From a virus: a stretch of 64,000 bases of DNA. Below are positions 30,596 to 38,947 of the stretch, piece by piece. The notes under the pieces are model-generated. The model was not told the DNA's origin. It saw only the letters and a program-made list of their open reading frames with translations, and did no database searches. How positions within the stretch are numbered: position 1 is the first letter of the stretch; every line of letters starts with the position of its first letter. A program made the translations under genes and the position numbers. Where the stretch lies: the IMG/VR virus record IMGVR_UViG_3300046808_001301; one strand, given 5' to 3'.

Positions 30596-30932
30596 TTATA
30601 TTAAGGATATAGTCGTTACCAAACGTGGGGATTTGCCTTTAGAACAATATGTACCGTTCTTAATCAATCGTTGGTTGAGTTTTGTTAATCCTACACTGTG
30701 TAGCGCTATTAACCAAATGAATAACAAGACGTTATTGGAAGACAAAGAAATGCACTATAAAACATTAATTGCTTTGTTTCCTAAGATGAAGTATTGTCCT
30801 AAGATCAATTACGTCAAAAAAGTCAAAGAAGCGGAGTCAACTGAGAACAAAATGATAGGAGTTGTTGCTCAGCAACTAGAAATCTCTAAACGAGAAGCAG
30901 AACAATTACTCGAAGGAAGGTCTGCTAATTGA
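30582..30932 (+). CDS. gp62: clamp loader small subunit (T4 gp62-like)
   Basis: IFDYIKDI...YVPFLINRWLS...HY..L and C-terminal IS.REA motifs. Confidence 0.75.
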   Translation: MTIFDYIKDIVVTKRGDLPLEQYVPFLINRWLSFVNPTLCSAINQMNNKTLLEDKEMHYKTLIALFPKMKYCPKINYVKKVKEAESTENKMIGVVAQQLEISKREAEQLLEGRSAN

Positions 30933-31451
30933 TTCAATCTCGTTTAAAAACGGAATTACGGACTCTCCTTTTAACGGTTGTTGCTTTTGACCGTTGTGCT
31001 TTTTAACGAATTCGTCTTTCCACGTTACATCATACTGCTCGTCTTCGTTAATTTCGTTGATTTCTCCGTTGCTTAACTTACGAAGCATCCAAACTTGTTT
31101 GTCGTGTTCATAAGGACCAGAAATAGCAGAAGGTCCAAACTCCAGCTTGCGGTTTTCGTCCATTACTTGGCGAAAAAGTTCCTTGAAAGAAGATAAACTT
31201 TCCTTTACTTCTTTCTTTTTGCCTTTGTCAGATAAAGCTTTTTTCATTGACTCCTTTTTATCCCCGTCTTCATCAGCATCTAGATAATCGGGCTTGTCTT
31301 GTTTGGCTTCTTTAACGGCCATTTTTTTGTTTTTCTTTTTGCACTCTTCGCAGTTATCACACTTGCGTCCCTTTGCTGCCGCTTGACAAACATGCTTCTT
31401 TTCCATAAGAACGTAAGCTTCTTGCAACATTTCTAAATCTTTGAATACCAT
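30906..31451 (-). CDS. charged protein, probably head-internal
   Basis: KPDYLDADEDGDKKESMKKA motif, Cys cluster, SFKELFRQVMDE; TAAGTA 8 nt upstream. Confidence 0.65.
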   Translation of the reverse strand: MVFKDLEMLQEAYVLMEKKHVCQAAAKGRKCDNCEECKKKNKKMAVKEAKQDKPDYLDADEDGDKKESMKKALSDKGKKKEVKESLSSFKELFRQVMDENRKLEFGPSAISGPYEHDKQVWMLRKLSNGEINEINEDEQYDVTWKDEFVKKHNGQKQQPLKGESVIPFLNEIESISRPSFE

Positions 31452-31504
31452 ATACCCTTTACTTATCGTTGACTACAGAATTTTTCACGGTAATTACTTA
31501 CCAT

Positions 31505-31879
31505 ATGCATCCTGTATTACCTCGCGAAAACAACGGTCTTGCTGACCTTGATCCTTATTCGAACTGCCCACTTCCAGAAGATTATGAAATTACCGAACTT
31601 CTTGGAGATGTTATCCAATTGGTATATGCAGACACAGCAGAAGACGGCAAATCGCTTGTGCGTAACGGAATTATACTTCCTGAAGCAGTCGTTGAAAACA
31701 AAGCTTGGCGTGTAGGTAGGGTTATTATGGTTGGACCAAACGTCAAGCAAGTTAAAGCAGGACAACACGTTATTTTTCCAGGAGATAAAGGAATTAAAGG
31801 CATTCAACGAGACGGCAAATTAAACATCTTCCTTAATGAAGAAAGAATTTTCGGAATTTGTAAGCCTCAAACAAACTAA
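31505..31879 (+). CDS. groES: GroES-like co-chaperonin (start revised to 31505)
   Basis: LLGDVI, GIILP, GRVIMVGP.VKQVKAGQHVIF, LNEERIFG. Confidence 0.8.
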   Translation: MHPVLPRENNGLADLDPYSNCPLPEDYEITELLGDVIQLVYADTAEDGKSLVRNGIILPEAVVENKAWRVGRVIMVGPNVKQVKAGQHVIFPGDKGIKGIQRDGKLNIFLNEERIFGICKPQTN

Positions 31880-32266
31880 ATGAGACTCGGCAGAACAGCT
31901 CTGTGGACATTGCTCAATACAAATGCAGCAGAGCTACGTTTTCATCGCCGTATTTCAAAGAAAGGGTTTAAAGATTACAGAAGAATGTTGTGCACAGGAG
32001 ATCGTCGTTTGTTACAATCTGCTCCAGCTAAACAAATTCTGAATTTTGTCCCTCCTCACGGATCACTTAAATACGACCCTCGAGCAAAAAATTTAATCGT
32101 AACTTGGGATATATTCATGCAAAATTGGAGAATGATCAATTGCGACGACGTTGAATTAATCGCTGTAATCCCAACTTCTCCTGATCCTACAGAGTTCTGG
32201 AAATACTTTCAAGAACGCCTGGCAAATATGTCAGGCACACAAAAAGCTCAATTCATGGATACATGA
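31880..32266 (+). CDS. WYL-like / SH3-fold phage protein
   Basis: F.RR....RRMLCT...LIVTWDI..QNWRMI pattern, similar to 50553..50819. Confidence 0.55.
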   Translation: MRLGRTALWTLLNTNAAELRFHRRISKKGFKDYRRMLCTGDRRLLQSAPAKQILNFVPPHGSLKYDPRAKNLIVTWDIFMQNWRMINCDDVELIAVIPTSPDPTEFWKYFQERLANMSGTQKAQFMDT

Positions 32267-32628
32267 TGTCAATCAATACATTTACAGACGAATTATTATT
32301 TACTAAAATTCCAGGCGAGAATTTTTTGCTATCTTGTTTGCAAAAAGATTTAATCTTTTATTTAGGCAATAAGCCAATCAAACAAGGCAAACTAATATTG
32401 TTTAAGCGTTCTCATTTCTTTATTCAAATTACTTTGCTCAATGTTAAGAAAGAGAAAGAAAACTTTGAGATTCCTTTTCCATTTAAAATAGAGGAATACG
32501 AAGACGAAGAAGTAATGTATTTTGATTATAGAGTAGAAACCCTAAGAGTAGACAACCTTCCTCCAATTAAAAATAAAGTATCTTCGTCTTACTTTAACAA
32601 AATTTTAGAAATAGCTGTTAAAAGCTAA
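32263..32628 (+). CDS. hypothetical protein
   Basis: 121 aa ORF coupled to the upstream gene. Confidence 0.7.
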   Translation: MMSINTFTDELLFTKIPGENFLLSCLQKDLIFYLGNKPIKQGKLILFKRSHFFIQITLLNVKKEKENFEIPFPFKIEEYEDEEVMYFDYRVETLRVDNLPPIKNKVSSSYFNKILEIAVKS

Positions 32629-32771
32629 TATCTATAGGTCGTTTTTCCCTTTTTGGTAACGCCTTCTTTTTTGGCAATCGCTGTCCATTCGATTCGTTCA
32701 AAGTTCTTGTCGAATTGGTTTTTGTCTACAGGTCTTGGTTTGTCTCCTTTGCCTGCTTGATTGTTATTCAT
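32625..32771 (-). CDS. 48 aa protein with GKGDKPRP motif; missed by ORF track
   Basis: Hand translation MNNNQAGKGDKPRPVDKNQFDKNFERIEWTAIAKKEGVTKKGKTTYRY; own promoter. Confidence 0.8.
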   Translation of the reverse strand: MNNNQAGKGDKPRPVDKNQFDKNFERIEWTAIAKKEGVTKKGKTTYRY

Positions 32772-32777
32772 ACAAAT

Positions 32778-32805
32778 AGATTAACATTTTTAATTAAAAA
32801 GTCAA
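32778..32805 (-). promoter_or_regulatory. sigma70-type promoter
   Basis: TTGACT-16 nt-TAATCT with TG extension, 6 nt before ATG at 32771. Confidence 0.65.
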
Positions 32806-32807
32806 AT

Positions 32808-32838
32808 AAAAAACCCCGGCCTTGCGACCGGGGTTTTT
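32808..32838 (-). terminator. intrinsic terminator after gp23
   Basis: CCCCGGTC-GCAA-GGCCGGGG hairpin followed by U6 on the minus strand. Confidence 0.9.
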
Positions 32839-32865
32839 AAGATTTTGCTCGCTATCGTCTGTAAG

Positions 32866-34317
32866 TTACAGATATGTAGCAGCTTGACCAGGAACGAATG
32901 ATTGACCAAGGCCGGTGCAGATAACAAGATGGTAGTAGAGAGCAGCTCCGAAGATGTGATCAACTACGCCGTATCTTGTAAGTAAACCGACACGTGGACT
33001 AAAGTCGTTAGGACCGATCGTGCGTTGAACCATTACAGGGATGTATGGGCAGTAAACAATACCACTGTCGTAGTATTCTGTGCCTTTGTATCCAAGAAGG
33101 GCATAATCAACGGGCTTCGTACGAACCGAGCTGTAACCGCCATTTTTGTTTGTAGCAGTGTAACCAGCATTAATTTGAGCTTCTGTACGAGTGTCACGAT
33201 AGATTTGGAAACGACCACCAACCGAACCGACCTTTGCAATACCAACAGGCTGGGTGTTTACATTACCATTGACTGGCATCCATGTGAAGTTAGGAAGAGT
33301 CTCGAGGATAGCGCAAATGCGAGGCGTTGCAATGATGAAATTAGCAGCACCACGACGATTGCGGATAGCAACACGGTTAGCTTCAACAACGATTCTGTTG
33401 TAGAAGTCACGTGCACGCTCCCCGGACCAACGTCCGTCAGCAGAGATAGCAGACCAGGTTGAGTAACCCACACCAGCGCCAGCATTGAGACAGACCTGAA
33501 TCATACGCGCGATCATTTCGCGGTCGATTTCAGCCTGAATCTCATATGACATAGCGTTAGTAAGCTCAGTATCGATGTCGATACCATTCATATTTTTAAG
33601 ATCCTGTTCAAGTTCAACAGACCATTTAGCTGCCAACCTACGGGTCAGAGCTTCAACGGCTGTCTTTTCAAACGAAACGGTGATTTGAGGAATCTTTGAG
33701 CTGAGCTCGAATTGTGAGATTAAAGCCCCAACGCCAGCGTCTTCAGCAATGTTGTCCCACTCATCATTACCACTGAGGGCAGCTGAGGAAGCACCTGTGA
33801 AGGCTGTGTTAAGGTAGTTATAACCCAATTCTTTTCCAGAACCAGAAGGACCGGAGGCACCATTGCCAGCAACTGACCCAGATCCATTAGATCCATCGCC
33901 ATTAGCAGAATATCCGAGAGCGGAATCTTCGTACTTGTAGCGCATTGCGAAAGCAAGTCCGACAGGTCCAGTCATTGGTTGTACGCCCACGATCTCATTT
34001 GTGATGAGCTCAGGGAAGGTACGACGAATCATTGGAATGAGGACTTTTGGCAAGCGGGCGTCTCCGCCAGCGTAGTTGTCACCAGAGAAAGCTCCTGCAG
34101 TCGGGGAATGTGACCCGAATACTCCTCCAGTAGCAGCTGAGTTGCCGCCTTCGTTCAAGCACCACTTTTCTTGGTTTTCCAAGAGAATAGCAGTGTTAAG
34201 ACGAGTTGTTTCATTTGAAATCTCAGCAACCTTATCAGATTTGAAATCCAATACAGGACTCCACTTCTCGACGAGTTGTTGAGCGTAATCTTTACTAATA
34301 TGCATTAAGTTAGCCAT
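32866..34317 (-). CDS. gp23: major capsid protein (T4 gp23-like)
   Basis: EKWSPVL, LLENQE, GVQPMTGPVGLAFAMR, LAAKWSVELEQDLK, YCPYIP, TRYG. Confidence 0.98.
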   Translation of the reverse strand: MANLMHISKDYAQQLVEKWSPVLDFKSDKVAEISNETTRLNTAILLENQEKWCLNEGGNSAATGGVFGSHSPTAGAFSGDNYAGGDARLPKVLIPMIRRTFPELITNEIVGVQPMTGPVGLAFAMRYKYEDSALGYSANGDGSNGSGSVAGNGASGPSGSGKELGYNYLNTAFTGASSAALSGNDEWDNIAEDAGVGALISQFELSSKIPQITVSFEKTAVEALTRRLAAKWSVELEQDLKNMNGIDIDTELTNAMSYEIQAEIDREMIARMIQVCLNAGAGVGYSTWSAISADGRWSGERARDFYNRIVVEANRVAIRNRRGAANFIIATPRICAILETLPNFTWMPVNGNVNTQPVGIAKVGSVGGRFQIYRDTRTEAQINAGYTATNKNGGYSSVRTKPVDYALLGYKGTEYYDSGIVYCPYIPVMVQRTIGPNDFSPRVGLLTRYGVVDHIFGAALYYHLVICTGLGQSFVPGQAATYL

Positions 34318-34359
34318 AATTTTGTGTTTTTTTTGTCTCCTTTTTATTGTGAGTGAAAA

Positions 34360-35328
34360 TTACCGAGCGAATCTATTTCCGCTGATTTTTTTCATCTCGT
34401 TCAGATAGCCGCTTACACTTTCACCTGAAGGCGTGCGCTCGATCTCATTGTTAAAATTTTGTTGTTCTTCGATAATTGTAGGACGATCGATTGAAGCAGT
34501 CTTTGTATTTTCTGTTTTGACTGACTCTTTAATCAATTCGACTTCTTCTTGAGATTCTTTCTCAAACATATCCACAACGTATGAGAAGTTTTCCTCAATA
34601 TATTCTGGTGACTTGTTTCCTAACAATTTGTTAATGAAATTCTTTTTAGCTGATGGTAATTCAGCTGTCTTCTTTTCAAGAAGAATGAAAGCTTCTGCTT
34701 TATTTTTCTTGAGCGTCAAGTTAGCATTTTCTTTGAGAACTGAATTCAGTTCAGAGCGAAGAGAATCGATTGTCTTTTTGCCGTCAACGAGAGCTTCTTT
34801 AATTTCTCCGTCAACAAACTCTTCTGAAATTCCAACAATTTGACGAATTTGTTTAATTTGATTTGCAGCGCGAATATTGTCAACTGCTTCAGAAATTTGT
34901 TCTTTTGGAAGAGCCTTGTCAATGTAGAGATCAAGGTAGTTAGAAACTTCTTCTACGAGACGCTCTTGGAAAGTCTTGGCTTCAGCAGACATTTGATTTT
35001 CGTATTTTTCAACGACTTGTTTCAACATGCCTGTATATTTCTTGTCGATGCCCTTAACAAGCTTTTGAAGCTTAACAGCATGATCAGTATCAATTGCTTC
35101 AACAAGCTTTTTGAGTTTAGCAGAATGGTCCACGTCGATCTTCTCAATTAACGATTGGAGCTTTTCTGTGTAAGACTCATCAAGTGTTTGTCTTACGTTT
35201 TCTTTTTCGAGTTCGATCTTTTGATTAGCTTTTTCTTCAACAGCTTGTTGAAATGTGTTTTCTAATTCATTCAGAGTTTCTTCTGAAATTAGATCTTTAA
35301 ATTGTTCGTTGAGAATATTCTTGATCAT
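34360..35328 (-). CDS. gp22: prohead scaffold protein (T4 gp22-like)
   Basis: Coiled-coil, LVEEVSNYLD motif, directly upstream of gp23. Confidence 0.85.
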   Translation of the reverse strand: MIKNILNEQFKDLISEETLNELENTFQQAVEEKANQKIELEKENVRQTLDESYTEKLQSLIEKIDVDHSAKLKKLVEAIDTDHAVKLQKLVKGIDKKYTGMLKQVVEKYENQMSAEAKTFQERLVEEVSNYLDLYIDKALPKEQISEAVDNIRAANQIKQIRQIVGISEEFVDGEIKEALVDGKKTIDSLRSELNSVLKENANLTLKKNKAEAFILLEKKTAELPSAKKNFINKLLGNKSPEYIEENFSYVVDMFEKESQEEVELIKESVKTENTKTASIDRPTIIEEQQNFNNEIERTPSGESVSGYLNEMKKISGNRFAR

Positions 35329-35357
35329 GGTCGGTGTTTTTACTTATTCTATTTGTG

Positions 35358-35498
35358 TTACTTTTTTGGTGCTAAAGCGCTCTGAATACGCTCTTTGAGT
35401 TTGTTTTCAATCATTTTTTGCAATGATACGTTAGCTCCACTGTAGTTTTTATCAGCAATGTTCGCGATAAACCCTTTAATGTCTTTTGTTGGTTTCAT
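35358..35498 (-). CDS. 46 aa prohead core protein (gp67-like); missed by ORF track
   Basis: MKPTKDIKGFIANIADKNYSGANVSLQKMIENKLKERIQSALAPKK, between gp21 and gp22; TAAATA 7 nt upstream. Confidence 0.7.
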   Translation of the reverse strand: MKPTKDIKGFIANIADKNYSGANVSLQKMIENKLKERIQSALAPKK

Positions 35499-35504
35499 AG
35501 TTTA

Positions 35505-36182
35505 TTATTTACCTACTTTAAGAGAGTTAATAAAAATAGTTAACTGTTCTTTTAAGAAAGCATCAGTTTCTCTTTTAGGAAGCTTAGCTAATCCTTCTTT
35601 AAGATTATCAAAAGCTGATGCAGAAACTTCTAAAATTCTTCCGTCTGTGCCTACCATCCATTCTCTAGATTCGAGAATTGATTCAAGCATTGCGTTTTGC
35701 ACAGAAGGTTGATGAACTACATCCAAACAAATTAAATGGAAGTTGGAAACGCGTTTTCCTTCCGAAGATTCAGCAAGATTGCCGAGTCCGCGAGTAGAAA
35801 TCCCCATTTGAATTTTGTCTTTAACGAGACTTTTAAGTAGTTGTCCCATTGGGGTGTCCAAGATCAAGGACTTGCCCATAAAATAATTTCCGTTTTGTTT
35901 TAACTCTGTAACCAAGTGACAAGCATTAACTGGGTTTACTTCAGTTGATTGGGGATGATTCATTTCCCCAAGAGCTCTACGGGTTTTGATCATGTCAGTT
36001 GCATAGCGACCAACCTCTCGAGTCATTTCATCTAGCTGATAGATTCTGCCGTTTTGATTTTGCTTTTCAGCCATCATGTACGGACCAGTAATATAATATT
36101 TTTGAGGCTCTGACGAATTTTTTTCTTCTACGAGAAAGTCTAGTTGCTCATGCAATTCAGTGGTTAAGAATTTTAAACCCAT
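35505..36182 (-). CDS. gp21: prohead protease (T4 gp21-like)
   Basis: NQNGRIY, ALGEMNHP, LDTPMG, GISTRGLG, DVVHQPS. Confidence 0.95.
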   Translation of the reverse strand: MGLKFLTTELHEQLDFLVEEKNSSEPQKYYITGPYMMAEKQNQNGRIYQLDEMTREVGRYATDMIKTRRALGEMNHPQSTEVNPVNACHLVTELKQNGNYFMGKSLILDTPMGQLLKSLVKDKIQMGISTRGLGNLAESSEGKRVSNFHLICLDVVHQPSVQNAMLESILESREWMVGTDGRILEVSASAFDNLKEGLAKLPKRETDAFLKEQLTIFINSLKVGK

Positions 36183-36259
36183 ATGATTTATTTATTTAAT
36201 TAACCACGATAAATTATTTATCTCCTATTTGAATATATTTTTTTATAAGTATTATCACA

Positions 36260-36451
36260 ATGGAATGCAAGTTACATTCTCCTCCTCCTGATTTATTTGT
36301 TACTACGGGCAACAGAGGAACGCTATTTCCTAATTTAGATTGTCCAATCGAAACAGCAGTGCGCATTTGTCCGTTAATAATACAAGAAGGCGAAGAATAT
36401 GTGTTGTATTTAGAAACAGGAGATTTCTTGTTAATGCCTTGCGATCTATAA
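36260..36451 (+). CDS. small putative structural protein
   Basis: LYLETGDFLL motif; TAAGTA 8 nt upstream. Confidence 0.55.
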   Translation: MECKLHSPPPDLFVTTGNRGTLFPNLDCPIETAVRICPLIIQEGEEYVLYLETGDFLLMPCDL

Positions 36452-36484
36452 CAAAATTCGATTTTAAGATAATTATTATAATAT

Positions 36485-37666
36485 ATGGCTGGAATAAAAA
36501 TAACCGATCTACCTTCTGTTAACGAAGTGCTTCGTACCGACCAAATGCTTATCGCAAGAGGAGAAACAACCAGAAAAGTATTCGGCACAGCTCTTACTAC
36601 AAAAGAAGATATTGCTGATTTAACTAATATTGTACGACAGCTTTCATCTTCTTCTCTTATTCCGGAAGAGTCTGAATTAATTTCACTATATTACAATCCG
36701 TTAACAAAGAGACTTTCAGCTGAAATCGAGGGGGTTATTCCTCAGTCGCTAGGAGGAACCGGGTATCAATCATACACGGAAAATCAAACATTGATTGCTG
36801 ACGCTTATGGAGTTTTAAGAAAATTTGAATTTACAGCAGGCAGAGGAATGCTGCTTAGTGCTGATCAAGGAACGTTTAAATTTATAAACACTGAGCCACA
36901 TATTCCGACAAATTTGTCTGCAACATATGTTAGTTCGTTTGTTAATTTGCATTCGTCTACTGGAGATGATACTACAATTGAATCATCTACTTTTTCAAGA
37001 GCGGGAGTAATGTCATCCCAAGACAAAGTTCGTTTGGATGATTTGTTTTTGTATAGAACAAGCCAGCCATTGGTATTTAGCAACAGTATTACAGCTACCA
37101 GTACTTTGTTAAGCGGGGCCAGAGTTGTTGTTATTGATTCAACCGATGATGTACAAATTACATTGCCATATGAAGTTCAACAAGGTTCAGCATTTCATTT
37201 TTTAAGAGCTAATTCAGGCTCTGTAACATTTGTTGGAAATCCTGGAGTTCAGATTTCAACTATTAAAAACAGTAGTTATCTCAAAATTCCTTATGTTAAC
37301 GGAGAAGCCACTGCTTATTTTAATGCAGCAGGCCAATGGAAGTTGACAGGAGATCTTGCTTCTTTGTGGGACAGAACATTAACTGGCCCAAATTCAGTAG
37401 ACGGGGAGCAAAAAGTGGGAATATTTACTAATGGAGCTTATGACTCAATTTATTATAAAAATGAGTGGGACAAAGCAACTACAAGTTTTAAATCCATGGT
37501 CGTGCACGTTGGTGGAATAGTAAGAGCAGCAATTGATTTTACTGAAGATAGATTAGGAAAACCCTTTGGTTACAGCATTGGGTCAGAATTAGGAGGACCT
37601 TCCATCCAAGACCCTGGTCCTACTTATTTCGGAACGTTTACGGCAGGAAACGTCAATTTGACTTAA
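36485..37666 (+). CDS. putative fibre protein
   Basis: IKITDLP start, GGTG, AGVMSSQDKVRLD motif; C-terminal domain shared with 8050..9018. Confidence 0.65.
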   Translation: MAGIKITDLPSVNEVLRTDQMLIARGETTRKVFGTALTTKEDIADLTNIVRQLSSSSLIPEESELISLYYNPLTKRLSAEIEGVIPQSLGGTGYQSYTENQTLIADAYGVLRKFEFTAGRGMLLSADQGTFKFINTEPHIPTNLSATYVSSFVNLHSSTGDDTTIESSTFSRAGVMSSQDKVRLDDLFLYRTSQPLVFSNSITATSTLLSGARVVVIDSTDDVQITLPYEVQQGSAFHFLRANSGSVTFVGNPGVQISTIKNSSYLKIPYVNGEATAYFNAAGQWKLTGDLASLWDRTLTGPNSVDGEQKVGIFTNGAYDSIYYKNEWDKATTSFKSMVVHVGGIVRAAIDFTEDRLGKPFGYSIGSELGGPSIQDPGPTYFGTFTAGNVNLT

Positions 37667-38112
37667 TTTATATTTAAATGTTTCTCTGTTAGTATTACAA
37701 ACTGACAACCGTGTCTTTCGCTATACTCTGTTGCAGCTTTCCATTTAGCTTGATTTTTTACATATTCAGCTTGTTGTCGCATTAACGTTTTTGTTTTTCT
37801 GTTTTTTTGAACAGGAGGTAGTGTCTGAGCATGAGGTTTAATTTCAATAAGAAATTTCTTTAACTCTCCGTTCTTATCTCTCATTGTAACGTTAAAGTCC
37901 GTAAAATATCTACTAACTCTACCAGTTAACGGATTTTGATAAGGAATAACAACCGTTTCTGATCCCCAAGACAATATGTTTGGATTGTGATCAAACATTA
38001 GCATGCATTTACACTCCCAGCCAGATCGATATGTTATAGGAAACGATCCTTTATATTTTTCAGGATGTTTTGGCGCAAATATGCCTTGCTTAAAATTTGA
38101 ATTCTTTTTCAC
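37663..38112 (-). CDS. gp4: head completion nuclease (T4 gp4-like, TnsA-like fold)
   Basis: PEKYKG, YRSGWE, WGSE, RYFTDF, IEIKP, NQAKW..A, ILTE. Confidence 0.9.
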   Translation of the reverse strand: MKKNSNFKQGIFAPKHPEKYKGSFPITYRSGWECKCMLMFDHNPNILSWGSETVVIPYQNPLTGRVSRYFTDFNVTMRDKNGELKKFLIEIKPHAQTLPPVQKNRKTKTLMRQQAEYVKNQAKWKAATEYSERHGCQFVILTEKHLNIN

Positions 38113-38639
38113 TCAGAAATAACTTTTTTAAATAAATCAAAAAAAGCTAATTTTTCTTCGTATGGTTCATCTAACTTTGGAACATCTGAAAAAGAAGACT
38201 CGATTTTCTCATAACCATCTTGTCCAGCCATTTCAATGTCTTCTGACGTCAAAGGAATGCGTTTTGCTTGCACAAACTCAGCAAATTCAGATGATTGTGG
38301 ATCCTGAAATTTGACTACCGACCCATGAAGGTCGTTGTTGTCTCTAATTACTGTATACGCGTAGTCTACTTCTTCCAACGACCTGCCAATTTTGTATGTT
38401 AAGACAACATCAAAACTGTCTTTTTTAGACATATAATGGTACGTAACAACAGCAGTGCTTTTTGAGGGAAACCTAACGTTTTTAAACTGAAGATTTGAGC
38501 CAGCTTTATTTGTATCTAAAGATTCTTCTACATTGGCATGCAAAGCAGCTATATATTTTTTAACTGGGCCCTCTGTGCAGCCAACCTTTTTTCCTGTATT
38601 TTTTTTATACACGCATTGTCCTTTTGAGTAGTATGGCAT
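38109..38639 (-). CDS. hypothetical protein (start revised to 38639, MPYYSKG)
   Basis: TAAATA 5 nt before ATG at 38639; C-terminal AFFDLFKKVISE motif. Confidence 0.7.
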   Translation of the reverse strand: MPYYSKGQCVYKKNTGKKVGCTEGPVKKYIAALHANVEESLDTNKAGSNLQFKNVRFPSKSTAVVTYHYMSKKDSFDVVLTYKIGRSLEEVDYAYTVIRDNNDLHGSVVKFQDPQSSEFAEFVQAKRIPLTSEDIEMAGQDGYEKIESSFSDVPKLDEPYEEKLAFFDLFKKVISE

Positions 38640-38653
38640 AATGTTATTTATCT

Positions 38654-38929
38654 TTACCAATCCGAGCATGCTGCTGCTTGAGGACTTCCAGCTTTTGCGG
38701 AAGAGCACTTATGTCTAGCGCGGAATGCTTTTTTTCTTTTAGTGTTGCCTGATTTGCCAGTTACTCTGACTCCCTTTTGTCCCCAGTGGATTCTTTTGTA
38801 AGATCCGTCAGATTGTCTTGCGCACTTTGTCCACTTTTTCCCCTTTCTAGTAGAAGACGTTTTTTGAGTTGGACCAGTGCACTTACCAGCTTCGCTTAAA
38901 AGCTCCTCAACAAGCATTTGAAAATTCAT
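38654..38929 (-). CDS. small basic Cys-containing protein, probably head-internal
   Basis: RKKAFRARHKC motif of T4-like phages; N-terminal FQMLVEELLSE. Confidence 0.75.
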   Translation of the reverse strand: MNFQMLVEELLSEAGKCTGPTQKTSSTRKGKKWTKCARQSDGSYKRIHWGQKGVRVTGKSGNTKRKKAFRARHKCSSAKAGSPQAAACSDW

Positions 38930-38947
38930 AAAAGTAATTATTAAAAA

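Noticed and set aside
33025-33956. Overlapping ORFs within gp23
   Set aside because: Shadow frames from codon bias; no promoter motif or recognisable protein motifs
37663-38112. TnsA transposase or mobile element
   Set aside because: Motifs and location match the T4 gp4 head-completion nuclease; no other transposon genes or ends
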